From contig CAZIOR010000003.1 of NCBI GenBank assembly GCA_964540925.1, positions 9,634 to 50,083 on the forward strand: a stretch of DNA of 40,450 bases, written 5' to 3'. Origin of the DNA: an uncultured Gammaproteobacteria bacterium. Its GTDB lineage: Bacteria; Patescibacteriota; Microgenomatia; Levybacterales; UBA12049. Under the pieces are notes generated by a model. The model did not search any database. It was not told the DNA's origin and worked only from the letters and a program-made list of their open reading frames with translations. The translations under genes were made by a program, and so were the position numbers. This document shows positions 18,304 through 27,232 of this stretch, one piece after another. Each line of letters opens with the position of its first letter. Position 1 is the first letter of the stretch.

Positions 18304-19166
18304 GAGTTTTTTAGCATCTGCAATCCTTCTTCAAAAGAATGCATGTTAACACTTAACTTTCTTATTTTAGCATTGTTAAGTGCTGAATAAAAGGGCTCCA
18401 TTGGCCTCGAAACTAGAAATTCTGCTCTTGTTGTTTTACCAATTAAACTACTGTCTAAACCAAAAACCTTAGCAATTAAATTGACCGCATCATAAATACT
18501 TAATATTTGACTACCAACACAGTTGTATAAACCAGTTGCTTCATTTTTTAATAACATTTCTATCGCCCCAGCAACATCATCAACATACGTTGGAGAAATA
18601 ACTCTATCAGTTAAAACAGCTATTGGCTTTTTGTCAGCCAAAGTTTTTCTAAAGAATCTTACAAAATCTGGCTTAACAAAATCTTTTCTGTAAGGGTATG
18701 CTGGTCTTAAAATAATCCAAGGTGAATTTAGAGCCTTAACTATTTTTTCAGCTTCCACTTTTGTCTCTGCATAAAAGTTTTGCGGATTATACGAAGCTTC
18801 TTCAGTAAATCCTCCCTCTGGCATTTCATCTCCACCAACTACCAAATCTGTGGAGAAATGAATCATTTTTTTATTGGCCGTCTCACAAGCTTTGGCTACA
18901 TTTTGTGTGCCAAGAACATTAATTCTCCATGCCTCACTATCTTCTCTTAAGTCTTTTTGCGTTTCCGCAGTTTTTACATCTGTATAAGCTGCTAGATGAA
19001 GCACAAATTCTGCTGAAGAGGAATTGATTGCTTGATAAACCTGATCAAAATTGGTTATATCTACACCAGTCGATCTACTTACATTTTCAAACTCAAATCT
19101 CTCAGAAAGAAGTTCAATAATACGAGAACCAAAAAGTCCATTGAGGCCTGTTCCTAGAATCTTCAT
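18300..19166 (-). CDS. rfbD: dTDP-4-dehydrorhamnose reductase-like (RmlD substrate-binding family)
   Basis: 288-aa SDR with LAAYTDVKTAE, FSTDLVVGG, YAETKVEAE and ISPTYVDDVA, which parallel RmlD motifs. ATGA overlaps on both sides, between rmlB and ugd. Confidence 0.7.
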   Translation of the reverse strand: MKILGTGLNGLFGSRIIELLSERFEFENVSRSTGVDITNFDQVYQAINSSSAEFVLHLAAYTDVKTAETQKDLREDSEAWRINVLGTQNVAKACETANKKMIHFSTDLVVGGDEMPEGGFTEEASYNPQNFYAETKVEAEKIVKALNSPWIILRPAYPYRKDFVKPDFVRFFRKTLADKKPIAVLTDRVISPTYVDDVAGAIEMLLKNEATGLYNCVGSQILSIYDAVNLIAKVFGLDSSLIGKTTRAEFLVSRPMEPFYSALNNAKIRKLSVNMHSFEEGLQMLKNS

Positions 19167-20188
19167 AAATCTTCAACTTGACCCGCTAAATTATTATGTA
19201 AAATTTCTTGAGAGTCTTTAGCAATAATTTCCTCCCACCAGCCTCTGTTATCTGTATACCATTGAATAGTTTTTTCTAACCAAACATCAAAATCATGAAG
19301 AGGCTCCCAGCCCAATTCTCTATTAATCTTTTCCCAATTTACATCATACTTCCTATCATTTCCCTGTCTATCGTTAACGAACTTTATATAATCTTCACTC
19401 TTTCCCATTATTTTTAATATTCTTTTTACTACTTCATGATTAGAAATTCCCTTATTCATTCCACCAATTAAGTATGTTTCGCCAACAACTCCTTTTTCTA
19501 AAATTAACTCAATTGCCCTAACATGATCTTCAACATATAACCAATCGCGAATATTTCTACCATCACCATGCAAAGGAATTTTTTTATCTTGCAAAACATT
19601 AGTAATTGCAATTGGAATTAATTTCTCAGGATACATTGCTGGTCCATAGTTATTTGAACAATTACTAATAGTTATCGGTAAGCCATATGTATGATAGTAA
19701 GCTCTAACTAAATGATCTGCTCCTGCTTTAGTTGCAGAATATGGGCTCGATGGAAAATATGGAGTTGTCTCTGTAAATTGAGCTGGATTATCCAAATCAA
19801 TACTTCCAAAAACTTCATCAGTTGAAATGTGATGAAACCTTTTAACATTATGCTTTTTAGCAGCTTCTAGAAGTGAGTATGTTCCAACAAAATTTGAATG
19901 AATAAAAGGATATGGATCCATAATTGATCTATCAACGTGGGTTTCAGCTGCAAAATGGACAACAATATCTACACCCTCCATTACCTCGTCCATTTTTTCC
20001 TTATCGCAGATATCATATTGCTTGAATGAATAATGAGGATTATCTTTTACTTGATCTAAATTAACGAGGTTTGCTGCATAAGTTAACTTATCAACATTTA
20101 CTACGTAATCATCTGGATGATTTTTCATCCAGTATAAAATGAAGTGAGAACCAATAAAACCTGCTCCGCCTGTTACGAGTAACTTCAT
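19163..20188 (-). CDS. rfbB: dTDP-glucose 4,6-dehydratase
   Basis: LLVTGGAGFIGSHF, VDKLTYAANLVNL, HFAAETHVDRS, STDEVFG, YSATKAGADHLVRAY and NCSNNYGP. Confidence 0.92.
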   Translation of the reverse strand: MKLLVTGGAGFIGSHFILYWMKNHPDDYVVNVDKLTYAANLVNLDQVKDNPHYSFKQYDICDKEKMDEVMEGVDIVVHFAAETHVDRSIMDPYPFIHSNFVGTYSLLEAAKKHNVKRFHHISTDEVFGSIDLDNPAQFTETTPYFPSSPYSATKAGADHLVRAYYHTYGLPITISNCSNNYGPAMYPEKLIPIAITNVLQDKKIPLHGDGRNIRDWLYVEDHVRAIELILEKGVVGETYLIGGMNKGISNHEVVKRILKIMGKSEDYIKFVNDRQGNDRKYDVNWEKINRELGWEPLHDFDVWLEKTIQWYTDNRGWWEEIIAKDSQEILHNNLAGQVEDL

Positions 20189-20218
20189 AAATAACTTTTT
20201 TATATTACCATTTATTGT

Positions 20219-20247
20219 TTGTCAACACAACCTTGGTATGCTATATT
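20219..20247 (+). promoter_or_regulatory. rmlC promoter; its -35 overlaps a minus-strand TTGACA that could serve the divergent rmlB operon
   Basis: TTGTCA (20219-20224), 17 nt including TGc, TATATT (20242-20247), then 7 nt to ATG 20255. The reverse complement of 20220-20225 reads TTGACA on the minus strand, upstream of ATG 20188. Confidence 0.45.
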
Positions 20248-20254
20248 AAACGAT

Positions 20255-20884
20255 ATGGACAATCCTTATAAACTAGCCCTAAATCCAACAGATTCTGAAT
20301 GGCCAAAAAATATCGAAACCACAGAAATTCCAGGATTACTTATCTCCAAACGAGAAGTTTTTTCTGACGATAGAGGATTTTTTCATGAAGCAGTAGAACT
20401 TAGGGATTTTGAAAAAGTATTAGGTAAAAAAATATCAATTACCCAATGGAATCATTCCAAATCACACCCTAATGTAATTAGGGGTATTCATAGTGAACCA
20501 TGGGAGAAAATTACTTATGTAGCAAAAGGAAATGCTATCGCAGTAATAGTTGATTTAAGAATTGATTCTCCAACTTTTGGCAAAGCGGTTAAAATTGAAC
20601 TAGGAGAAAACAACAGGAAAACTCTTTATCTTCCTCAAGGTATGGGAAATTCTTTTTGCGCTGTTGGCGATGAAGATGTTGAATATATGTACATGATCAC
20701 TGGTTATTTTGAAGGCAAACCAACTCCTGCTATTTCTTTCAAAGATCCGGTTATCACTAAACAATTTGGCGGTTGGCCAATAGAAAATCCAATAGTTTCC
20801 GAAAAAGATTTAAGCTATCCGACATTAAAAGAAAAATACGAAGGACAAGTAGATTTCTCCAAATTTCCTTGGCTACAAGATTAA
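20255..20884 (+). CDS. rfbC: dTDP-4-dehydrorhamnose 3,5-epimerase-like (cupin, RmlC family)
   Basis: ORF track 20219..20884 starts at TTG; trimmed to ATG 20255 (MDNPYKL...). FSDDRGFFHE, IRGIHSEPWEKITYV and YLPQGMGNSF fit the RmlC cupin. Confidence 0.8.
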   Translation: MDNPYKLALNPTDSEWPKNIETTEIPGLLISKREVFSDDRGFFHEAVELRDFEKVLGKKISITQWNHSKSHPNVIRGIHSEPWEKITYVAKGNAIAVIVDLRIDSPTFGKAVKIELGENNRKTLYLPQGMGNSFCAVGDEDVEYMYMITGYFEGKPTPAISFKDPVITKQFGGWPIENPIVSEKDLSYPTLKEKYEGQVDFSKFPWLQD

Positions 20885-21813
20885 TTAGCTGGTTTTAAAG
20901 AGGCTAAAGTTTTTTTCTCCAACATATTTATTCCAGCTTGAATTAACCAGTAGATAATAAATGGATATTTTGTTTTGTAATTTTTCCTGTAGAAAATTCG
21001 CATCGCGTTAAATCTTGCTTTTTGTAATCTTTGTTTTGACTCTAAATTTTCCTTAGTAATATTGGCTGTTTTCTTCTTAATACCACTAGAAGCTCCACCG
21101 ATATGCATTATATTTTTCTCACCTACATAATAAATTTTTAGACCTAATTTTTGAATGTTATAGCAAAACTGCAAATCTTCTCCATAAAAAAAATAATCCT
21201 CATCCCACCAGCCAACTTTTTCACCAACTTCTCTTGGCATCAACATAAAAGCACCTTCAACTGCATCTACTTCATGCGTTGTATTCATGTCTTTCCAACC
21301 TTGTGTGTATCCCGCAAACAATCTGCTGGTAGGAAAAATTCTAGAAATTCCACTGAAGTAGCAAAATGCATTCCAAGGCGTTGGAAAACCCCTATGACAG
21401 TTGAAATCTATCTCACCATCTTGGTTAATTAACTTACAAGATAAAGCTCCAACCTCTTTGTGATTTTCTAAATAATCGATTAAATAATCTAATGTATCTT
21501 TATAAACTATTGTGTCAGGATTTAAAAATAAAATGTATTTTCCCTTAGCAAAAGCGATTCCCTTATTATTACCTGCAGAAAAACCAATATTTCCACCGTT
21601 ATCAACTATATGAAAACTTTTTATCTTAGTTGTTTCTTTATATTTTCGAAAATATTCTAGTGAACCATCGGTTGATGCATTATCAGTAACGATAACTTCA
21701 TAGTTGCCCGTTTTTACATCTTCTGGATAATTTTCCTCAATCGATTTAACTGCCTGAGCGGTAATCTCTTTTGTGTTATAAGTTAAAATTATTATAGATA
21801 AATCTACTTTCAT
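20881..21813 (-). CDS. Glycosyltransferase family 2 (WbbL/rhamnosyltransferase-like)
   Basis: LSIIILTYNTKE, VTDNASTDGS and GAFMLMPREVGEKVGWWDEDYFFYGEDLQFC. Start moved to ATG 21813, 1 nt after the upstream stop. Confidence 0.8.
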   Translation of the reverse strand: MKVDLSIIILTYNTKEITAQAVKSIEENYPEDVKTGNYEVIVTDNASTDGSLEYFRKYKETTKIKSFHIVDNGGNIGFSAGNNKGIAFAKGKYILFLNPDTIVYKDTLDYLIDYLENHKEVGALSCKLINQDGEIDFNCHRGFPTPWNAFCYFSGISRIFPTSRLFAGYTQGWKDMNTTHEVDAVEGAFMLMPREVGEKVGWWDEDYFFYGEDLQFCYNIQKLGLKIYYVGEKNIMHIGGASSGIKKKTANITKENLESKQRLQKARFNAMRIFYRKNYKTKYPFIIYWLIQAGINMLEKKTLASLKPAN

Positions 21814-21814
21814 T

Positions 21815-22699
21815 TTAGTTAAGCGCATCAATTGCCTGAGAATAAGTATCTTTTAAATATGCGTTATTAGTTACAATGCCGATAATTTTTAATACATACG
21901 CCTTAGATAATAAAGCAGTTTTGATAACAAAGTATTCCAATTTAGTCCTGTGTTTTTTATAAAAATATAAAAGGTTTTTATAAATATTTACAATCGCAAA
22001 GGTTCTATTCGTACTACCATATTCTGCATGTAAAACTGAGATAAAAGGATAAAAATAGGTTTTATATCCATTTAACACTGCCCTGTAACAAAGCTCCATA
22101 TCTTCTGTATACATGAATATTTTCTCATCAAATCCACCCAGTTTTTCAAAAATATCTTTTACTATCATAAGCAGTCCGCCCTTTACCCAATCTACTTTTT
22201 CAATCTCCTTAGGACTTTTATCAAGTAATCCAAATTTCTGAAAACCCAATAAAAGCATTATTGCTCTAGATAATGTATAAAACTTACCTGCACAGGGTTG
22301 TAAGCTTCCATCTTTATTTTTTAACTGCCCACCTAATATGGCAACGTTGGGATTTTCATCTAAATACTTAGCCATTTTTATAAAATTGCTATCTTCAACT
22401 ACAGTGTCATTATTTAAAAATACTAAATATTTTCCCTTAGCTTTTTTTGCACCCAAATTACAACCCTTACTAAAACCACTGTTCTCATCATTTTCAATCA
22501 AAATATTATTTTTAAAATTATTTTTTCCTATTGTTTCTTTTATTCTTTTAACTGAATCGTCACCTGAGGCATTATCAACCACAATCACTTCCATTTGACC
22601 ATCTTCAAATTCGTTTTTATAGAATTTATTTAATGATTCTAAACACGCAATTGTTAAATGACTTTTTTTGTAATTCAAGGTTACTATGGAGATTAACAC
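21815..22699 (-). CDS. Glycosyltransferase family 2 (WbbL/rhamnosyltransferase-like)
   Basis: ISIVTLNYKKSHLT, VVDNASGDDS, FLNNDTVV and GGLLMIVKDIFEKLGGFDEKIFMYTEDMELC. Confidence 0.8.
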   Translation of the reverse strand: MLISIVTLNYKKSHLTIACLESLNKFYKNEFEDGQMEVIVVDNASGDDSVKRIKETIGKNNFKNNILIENDENSGFSKGCNLGAKKAKGKYLVFLNNDTVVEDSNFIKMAKYLDENPNVAILGGQLKNKDGSLQPCAGKFYTLSRAIMLLLGFQKFGLLDKSPKEIEKVDWVKGGLLMIVKDIFEKLGGFDEKIFMYTEDMELCYRAVLNGYKTYFYPFISVLHAEYGSTNRTFAIVNIYKNLLYFYKKHRTKLEYFVIKTALLSKAYVLKIIGIVTNNAYLKDTYSQAIDALN

Positions 22700-22972
22700 T
22701 TAAACACCAATCCTTCCCATAAAAACAAAGAAGACAATAGAAATACCCAATAACCCGATTAACAAATACTCCACAACAATTTTATTTGTTAAATTATGCT
22801 CTTTTTTATGATGCCAAATCCCCCAAACTACATAAAAAATTATGGTTAAAACAATTATTAAAATTTGCAGAAAGATATTAGGATAAACTAAGACTGACAA
22901 GAGCAGTCCTACCGCAAAAATTGCTAAAAGAAATAAATAATAATTAAGATGTTTAATAAATTTTTTAATCAT
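22700..22972 (-). CDS. Small 3-TM membrane protein, hypothetical
   Basis: 90-aa ORF with three hydrophobic spans. TAATG overlap with the upstream gene and 0-nt spacing to the downstream GT2 gene. Confidence 0.5.
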   Translation of the reverse strand: MIKKFIKHLNYYLFLLAIFAVGLLLSVLVYPNIFLQILIIVLTIIFYVVWGIWHHKKEHNLTNKIVVEYLLIGLLGISIVFFVFMGRIGV

Positions 22973-23889
22973 TACAAAACATATCCTTTCAAAATAACTA
23001 ACAATAAGATTCCAATTAAAGTAAATAATAATACATGGTCAAGATTATGACCAACAAACCTAATAATTTTCTTTCTTTCAATAATAATCATATCCAAAAT
23101 CAAAACAAACATAAATATTGCAACAGTAGTCATGGCTAGATTTGAAGAAAATGTCTGAGCATTGATAAGTGGAGCTGCAGGCGTTGGAGCAACAGGTTCT
23201 TCTTTCTTAGTCTCCTTAACTTCTTGTTTTACTTCCTCTTTAACAGCAGGCTGCGATGCAATCTGAGGAGTAGAAGATTCTACTTCTTGGGCAGGCGCAG
23301 TAGACTCATTAGGTGCTGCTTGTACTTCACCTTTATTACCAAACATTTCTACAACTAAAATCGTATTCTCACCAGTCAAATTTCCATCCAAAACTGCAAA
23401 ACCAACTTCTTTGTAATTTGAAGATAGTATGTTTTCTCTATGACTTGGACTTGCCATCCACGCATCAACTACTCCTGCCGCACTATCATAGCCTCTTGCT
23501 AAATTTTCTCCTGCGTAAATATAGTTATATCCAGCTGATTTAATAAAATACCAAGGAGTTGTACCATCTGGCGCAATATGTGCCCAAAAATTCTTTTCCA
23601 ACATATAATTACCTTTAGCAAGGGCAGCGCTACTTAGTGTTCCATTTAGAGATAATGGTGGTAAATTATTATTTTGTCTTTGTTGGTTGGTTAAAATAAG
23701 CAACTGATCAATTGATATTTGTGATGAAATACCCAACACAGATGGATATTTTTGCCTTGTAAATGAAGTAAAAATACCTAATGAAAAAAAGAATAAGATT
23801 AATAAAACTAATATTTGAGGGTGCAATAATTTGGGACGGTAATTATTAGTTAAATGAGGAGTAAAAAAATGACGCAGAAATTTCTTCAT
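22972..23889 (-). CDS. CAP/SCP (PR-1-like, YkwD-like) domain protein, anchored at both the N- and C-terminus
   Basis: N-terminal TM, then a CAP core (FWAHIAPDGTTPWYFIKSAGYNYIYAGENLARGYDSAAGVVDAWMASPSHRENIL), a Pro/Glu/Lys-rich linker and C-terminal TM helices. Confidence 0.75.
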   Translation of the reverse strand: MKKFLRHFFTPHLTNNYRPKLLHPQILVLLILFFFSLGIFTSFTRQKYPSVLGISSQISIDQLLILTNQQRQNNNLPPLSLNGTLSSAALAKGNYMLEKNFWAHIAPDGTTPWYFIKSAGYNYIYAGENLARGYDSAAGVVDAWMASPSHRENILSSNYKEVGFAVLDGNLTGENTILVVEMFGNKGEVQAAPNESTAPAQEVESSTPQIASQPAVKEEVKQEVKETKKEEPVAPTPAAPLINAQTFSSNLAMTTVAIFMFVLILDMIIIERKKIIRFVGHNLDHVLLFTLIGILLLVILKGYVL

Positions 23890-23892
23890 AAA

Positions 23893-24207
23893 TTAATTAT
23901 ATACTGGTAACACTAAATCTCCAATTTTTTGACCATTTACAGGAATTTTAAGAAAATAAGCTAATGTATTTGCAATTGAAACTCCAACTCTAAGCCCAGT
24001 AAAAGAACCAGGTCCAACATTAACTTTAATTTCATCTAAATTTTCTAACTTAGTATTTGCCTCAGAAATAACTTTATCAATTAAAACGAGACATGTTTGA
24101 GAACTAATTTTCCTTGAATCCGAAGAGGTTACGTATTTTTTGCCATTTAGATCTATTTCTATTTTTGCAATTTTACTATCTGATGTATCAATACTTAAAA
24201 TGATCAT
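23893..24207 (-). CDS. tsaB: tRNA t6A biosynthesis protein TsaB, half-size (N-terminal subdomain only, 104 aa)
   Basis: ORF track 23893..24261, trimmed to the ATG forming an ATGA overlap with the tsaC stop. MIILSIDTS... and VNVGPGSFTGLRVGVSIANTLA are TsaB hallmarks. The protein ends about 120 aa short of typical TsaB. Confidence 0.75.
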   Translation of the reverse strand: MIILSIDTSDSKIAKIEIDLNGKKYVTSSDSRKISSQTCLVLIDKVISEANTKLENLDEIKVNVGPGSFTGLRVGVSIANTLAYFLKIPVNGQKIGDLVLPVYN

Positions 24208-24785
24208 ACATTTATATTTATATACCCTTGTCTTAAAATTTTCCAGGGAGTATTGGTACAATCAATAACTGTTGAGGCAGATTTATACAAACATTCTCCT
24301 TCAAGCACGAAATCAACCATTTGAATAAGATTTTTGTCCAAATCTTCTAATGAGTAAGGAGTTTGTTCACCATGAAAATTAGCTGATGGCCCTAAGATTG
24401 GAACACCCACCAATTCAATTAAACTAAGTAGTGTTGAATTATTAGGCATTCTAACCCCTAAATTATTGCTACCCCCTCTTACCAAGTCAGGTACTAAATC
24501 TATTTTAGACTCTAAAACAATAGTAAGTGCACCTGGCCAATATTTGTCCATTAATTTAGTTTCGACATCCTGGGGTAAAGATTTAATATATTGCTTTGCC
24601 ATTTCTTTACTAGATACTAAAACTGGAGTTGCTTGTGTTAGAGGTCTTTTTCTTATTTCAAATAATTTTTTTATTGCCTTTTCATTATCCATTCTACAGC
24701 CTATGCCAAATGCAGTATCTGTAGGAAAAATAATTATTCCACCTTTACTTAAAATCTCTGCAGCTTTTTTGATTTGGTCATTCAT
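24204..24785 (-). CDS. tsaC: L-threonylcarbamoyladenylate synthase (Sua5/YrdC/YwlC family)
   Basis: GGIIIFPTDTAFGIGC, RKRPLTQATPVLV, WPGALTIVL, GVRMPN and PILGPSANFHG. Start set to ATG 24785; the track start 24794 is TTG. Confidence 0.88.
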   Translation of the reverse strand: MNDQIKKAAEILSKGGIIIFPTDTAFGIGCRMDNEKAIKKLFEIRKRPLTQATPVLVSSKEMAKQYIKSLPQDVETKLMDKYWPGALTIVLESKIDLVPDLVRGGSNNLGVRMPNNSTLLSLIELVGVPILGPSANFHGEQTPYSLEDLDKNLIQMVDFVLEGECLYKSASTVIDCTNTPWKILRQGYININV

Positions 24786-25203
24786 ATTTTTCAATTGCTA
24801 TTTCTCTTTCATTTTCGCTTATTAATTCAAATTTTATATCTATTCTTTTTGAGGGCAACATTTCTTTAAGTTTTTCTGCCCATTCAATGGCAACAATATT
24901 TGAATTATCTTCCAATATTTCATCTAAACCTATGCTTAAAAAATCATGAATCGTTTCTGTTCTATATAAATCTATATGATAAAAAACTAAATCTTTAATT
25001 TTATAATGCCTAGCAATTATAAATGTTGGAGAGATTATCCTGTTTTCAATACCTAATCCTTTAGCTAAGCCTTGGACAAAAGTTGTCTTCCCACTACCTA
25101 AATCCCCATATAAACAAATCACATCATGAGGCTTTAGTGTTTTAGCAAATTCTTCGGCAAACTGTTGAGTTTCTTGTAAATTTTTTAGTCTAATTTTATT
25201 CAT
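24778..25203 (-). CDS. tsaE: tRNA t6A biosynthesis ATPase TsaE
   Basis: 141 aa with LYGDLGSGKTTFVQGLAKGLG, SPTFIIARHY and HIDLYR. Confidence 0.9.
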   Translation of the reverse strand: MNKIRLKNLQETQQFAEEFAKTLKPHDVICLYGDLGSGKTTFVQGLAKGLGIENRIISPTFIIARHYKIKDLVFYHIDLYRTETIHDFLSIGLDEILEDNSNIVAIEWAEKLKEMLPSKRIDIKFELISENEREIAIEKYE

Positions 25204-26002
25204 GCTTAGAAAATTTTTCTTTTAATACCGGCCAAAAGAATAATATACCACATAGACTCAAGAAAATAACCCCAACAAACATAAAAACAAATCCAATCCA
25301 ATTTGCTGGGTTAAAAGAACTAGTAGGCTTATTATCTTCCTTAGGAGCTGGAAATTCTGAATCAGAGGCTTGATTAGTAGACCCCATAACCTCTTGAGTA
25401 ATTGTTTCTTCCATTTTAGATGTTGGAGTTAGCGTATTACTTAACTTTTTTGTAGGAGATAATGTTAAGGTTGGCGTAGGCGAATTTGCTGGCGTTGGAG
25501 TGAGTGTTAAAGTAGGCGTTAATGTAGGAGTATTGGTAGGCAAAGGTGTTGGCGTAGATGACGAATAATTAATTGTTATATCTACTGGATTTTGAACATC
25601 TGATGAGCTTGGATTACCAGAGGCAGTATATCGCCTGATTTTTAACTTGTATACTCCTGTACCAGAATAATCACTCGTACCTGGCGTACCCAACCTTGCC
25701 TGAATTGTTGCACTAGCAGAAGAGCTAATAATACTTAAAGGAAAATATTGTTTACCATCGGAACCAGAATACCAGCCTAAACCATTGTATGTTTCTCCAA
25801 AATAACTAGAAGTACCATCTTTAAAAAGATCTACTCTAAAATAATTTTGCCCATCGGATGCACCCGTAACGCTGAAAGTTACATTAAAGCTGTCTGAGGA
25901 AATTGAAGAAGGATAATTAACGATATTAATGCTAACTGCATACGCTGCAGATTTAAAAAAAATAAATACTACAAAAGCAATTATAAAAATTATTGCTTTC
26001 AC
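25196..26002 (-). CDS. Secreted, C-terminally anchored surface protein with a Thr/Pro-repeat linker
   Basis: Signal peptide (MKAIIFIIAFVVFIFFKSAAYA), a Ser/Gly/Tyr-rich beta-type domain, the linker TPTPLPTNTPTLTPTLTLTPTPANSPTPTLTLSPT, and a C-terminal TM (WIGFVFMFVGVIFLSLCGILFFW). Confidence 0.65.
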   Translation of the reverse strand: MKAIIFIIAFVVFIFFKSAAYAVSINIVNYPSSISSDSFNVTFSVTGASDGQNYFRVDLFKDGTSSYFGETYNGLGWYSGSDGKQYFPLSIISSSASATIQARLGTPGTSDYSGTGVYKLKIRRYTASGNPSSSDVQNPVDITINYSSSTPTPLPTNTPTLTPTLTLTPTPANSPTPTLTLSPTKKLSNTLTPTSKMEETITQEVMGSTNQASDSEFPAPKEDNKPTSSFNPANWIGFVFMFVGVIFLSLCGILFFWPVLKEKFSKHE

Positions 26003-26010
26003 AAAATTTT

Positions 26011-27222
26011 CTAAAATCCGTTTATTTTATAAACAGCAAATATACTACCTAAGGAATACTTATCGGTAAATGGAATTCTATGTCCATTTTGAGTAAATGG
26101 ATCATTCATTAAATAATTACCACCATTGTAATCAATTAACACAACAAAGTGCGTATCGCCATTTGCATATTTAATTCCTACTATAACTGGCCTACCACTT
26201 TGTAATTCTCCATCTATTGCAGAACTTGCCCTGCTTGAAGTAACTCCATCAGCCCTAATCGTATAGTTTAAGTATGCTGGGTAATAAGATGCAAAATTCC
26301 AAGAGTCTGAATTAATAGTTTGAGGAGTAACGCCTCTATGACCATAATGAGTGTAAACCATTGCCATTGAGGTAACTAAACAGCCATCAGATGCTAAAGA
26401 ATATTGTGTACCATTCAAAGAGTTTCCTCCCCACTGAGAATCTCTTTGGTTATAGTAACAACCCCAATCATCACAAACCGTTTGACCAGATAGTAAGCTT
26501 GCTCCACCCTGACTTTGTGCAAAACCCGAGAATCCAGCGAGTTGAGCTTTTGCTTGTGCAAGAAGATTTTGGTAATTTGCCTCACTACCTTTTGTTTGAT
26601 TAAGCAAATCCTGTTTTGTTTGTTTTTCGCTATCCAATTGGGTAGTATAGGCTTCCAGCTGTGTTTTTAAACCTTCGACTTGTTTCTTTTTATCTTGATA
26701 AATATTTTTTTGATTTGAGTAATCTACCTTTGCTTGTTGAGTCTCATAAACCAACTGCTTATCATGAGCCTGAGCTCTTTTAAGATAATTTAGTCTTGAT
26801 AAAAAATTCGAAGCATTTGTAGAGGTAAGTAAAACCTGTAAAGGTTGAATTGTACCTACTTCATAGGTTGCAACGATTCTATTTAAAAGTGCCTGAATAG
26901 AATTGTTTAATGTTCCTTGTAGTTTGTCTATTTTTTTAGAAGCAGTATCTATATCTAAAGTTAAGTCTGAAATCTGTTGTTCTACTGATTGAATTTGATA
27001 TTCAGTTAATTTAATCTGATTATCCATAACGCTAATTTGTGAAGATAGTGTTCTTTCTTGCCCCTGAAGATCATTGATTTTATTTTGTAAATCAGCAATT
27101 TTATTTTGCAGGTCATTTACTTGTTGGGAGCTTTCTGTGGATTGAGCAAAAGAAGTATAACTAAATATAAAAAGCAGAAAAAAAACAAAGAATATAATTT
27201 GAGCTCTTCTCAAAAATCTCAT
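26011..27222 (-). CDS. Secreted coiled-coil protein with a C-terminal C39-like cysteine peptidase domain (putative FtsEX-controlled cell-wall hydrolase)
   Basis: Start trimmed to MRFLRRAQ... (ATG 27222, just after the ftsX stop). Signal peptide ...SFAQS, then about 200 aa of heptad-rich Q/L/K/D sequence (QVNDLQNKIADLQNKINDLQGQ...). The C-terminal domain has Q (YYNQRDSQWGG), Cys (SDGCLVTSMAMVY), His (DTHFVVLIDY) and Asp (LMNDPF). Confidence 0.7.
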   Translation of the reverse strand: MRFLRRAQIIFFVFFLLFIFSYTSFAQSTESSQQVNDLQNKIADLQNKINDLQGQERTLSSQISVMDNQIKLTEYQIQSVEQQISDLTLDIDTASKKIDKLQGTLNNSIQALLNRIVATYEVGTIQPLQVLLTSTNASNFLSRLNYLKRAQAHDKQLVYETQQAKVDYSNQKNIYQDKKKQVEGLKTQLEAYTTQLDSEKQTKQDLLNQTKGSEANYQNLLAQAKAQLAGFSGFAQSQGGASLLSGQTVCDDWGCYYNQRDSQWGGNSLNGTQYSLASDGCLVTSMAMVYTHYGHRGVTPQTINSDSWNFASYYPAYLNYTIRADGVTSSRASSAIDGELQSGRPVIVGIKYANGDTHFVVLIDYNGGNYLMNDPFTQNGHRIPFTDKYSLGSIFAVYKINGF

Positions 27223-27232
27223 ATGGCATAGT

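Noticed and set aside
25440-25560. Short imperfect tandem DNA repeats (ggcgt/ggagt-type units), considered as a possible CRISPR or satellite array.
   Set aside because: The units are very short, contiguous with no spacers, and in frame within a long ORF, where they encode the Thr/Pro linker. This is a coding repeat, not a CRISPR array.
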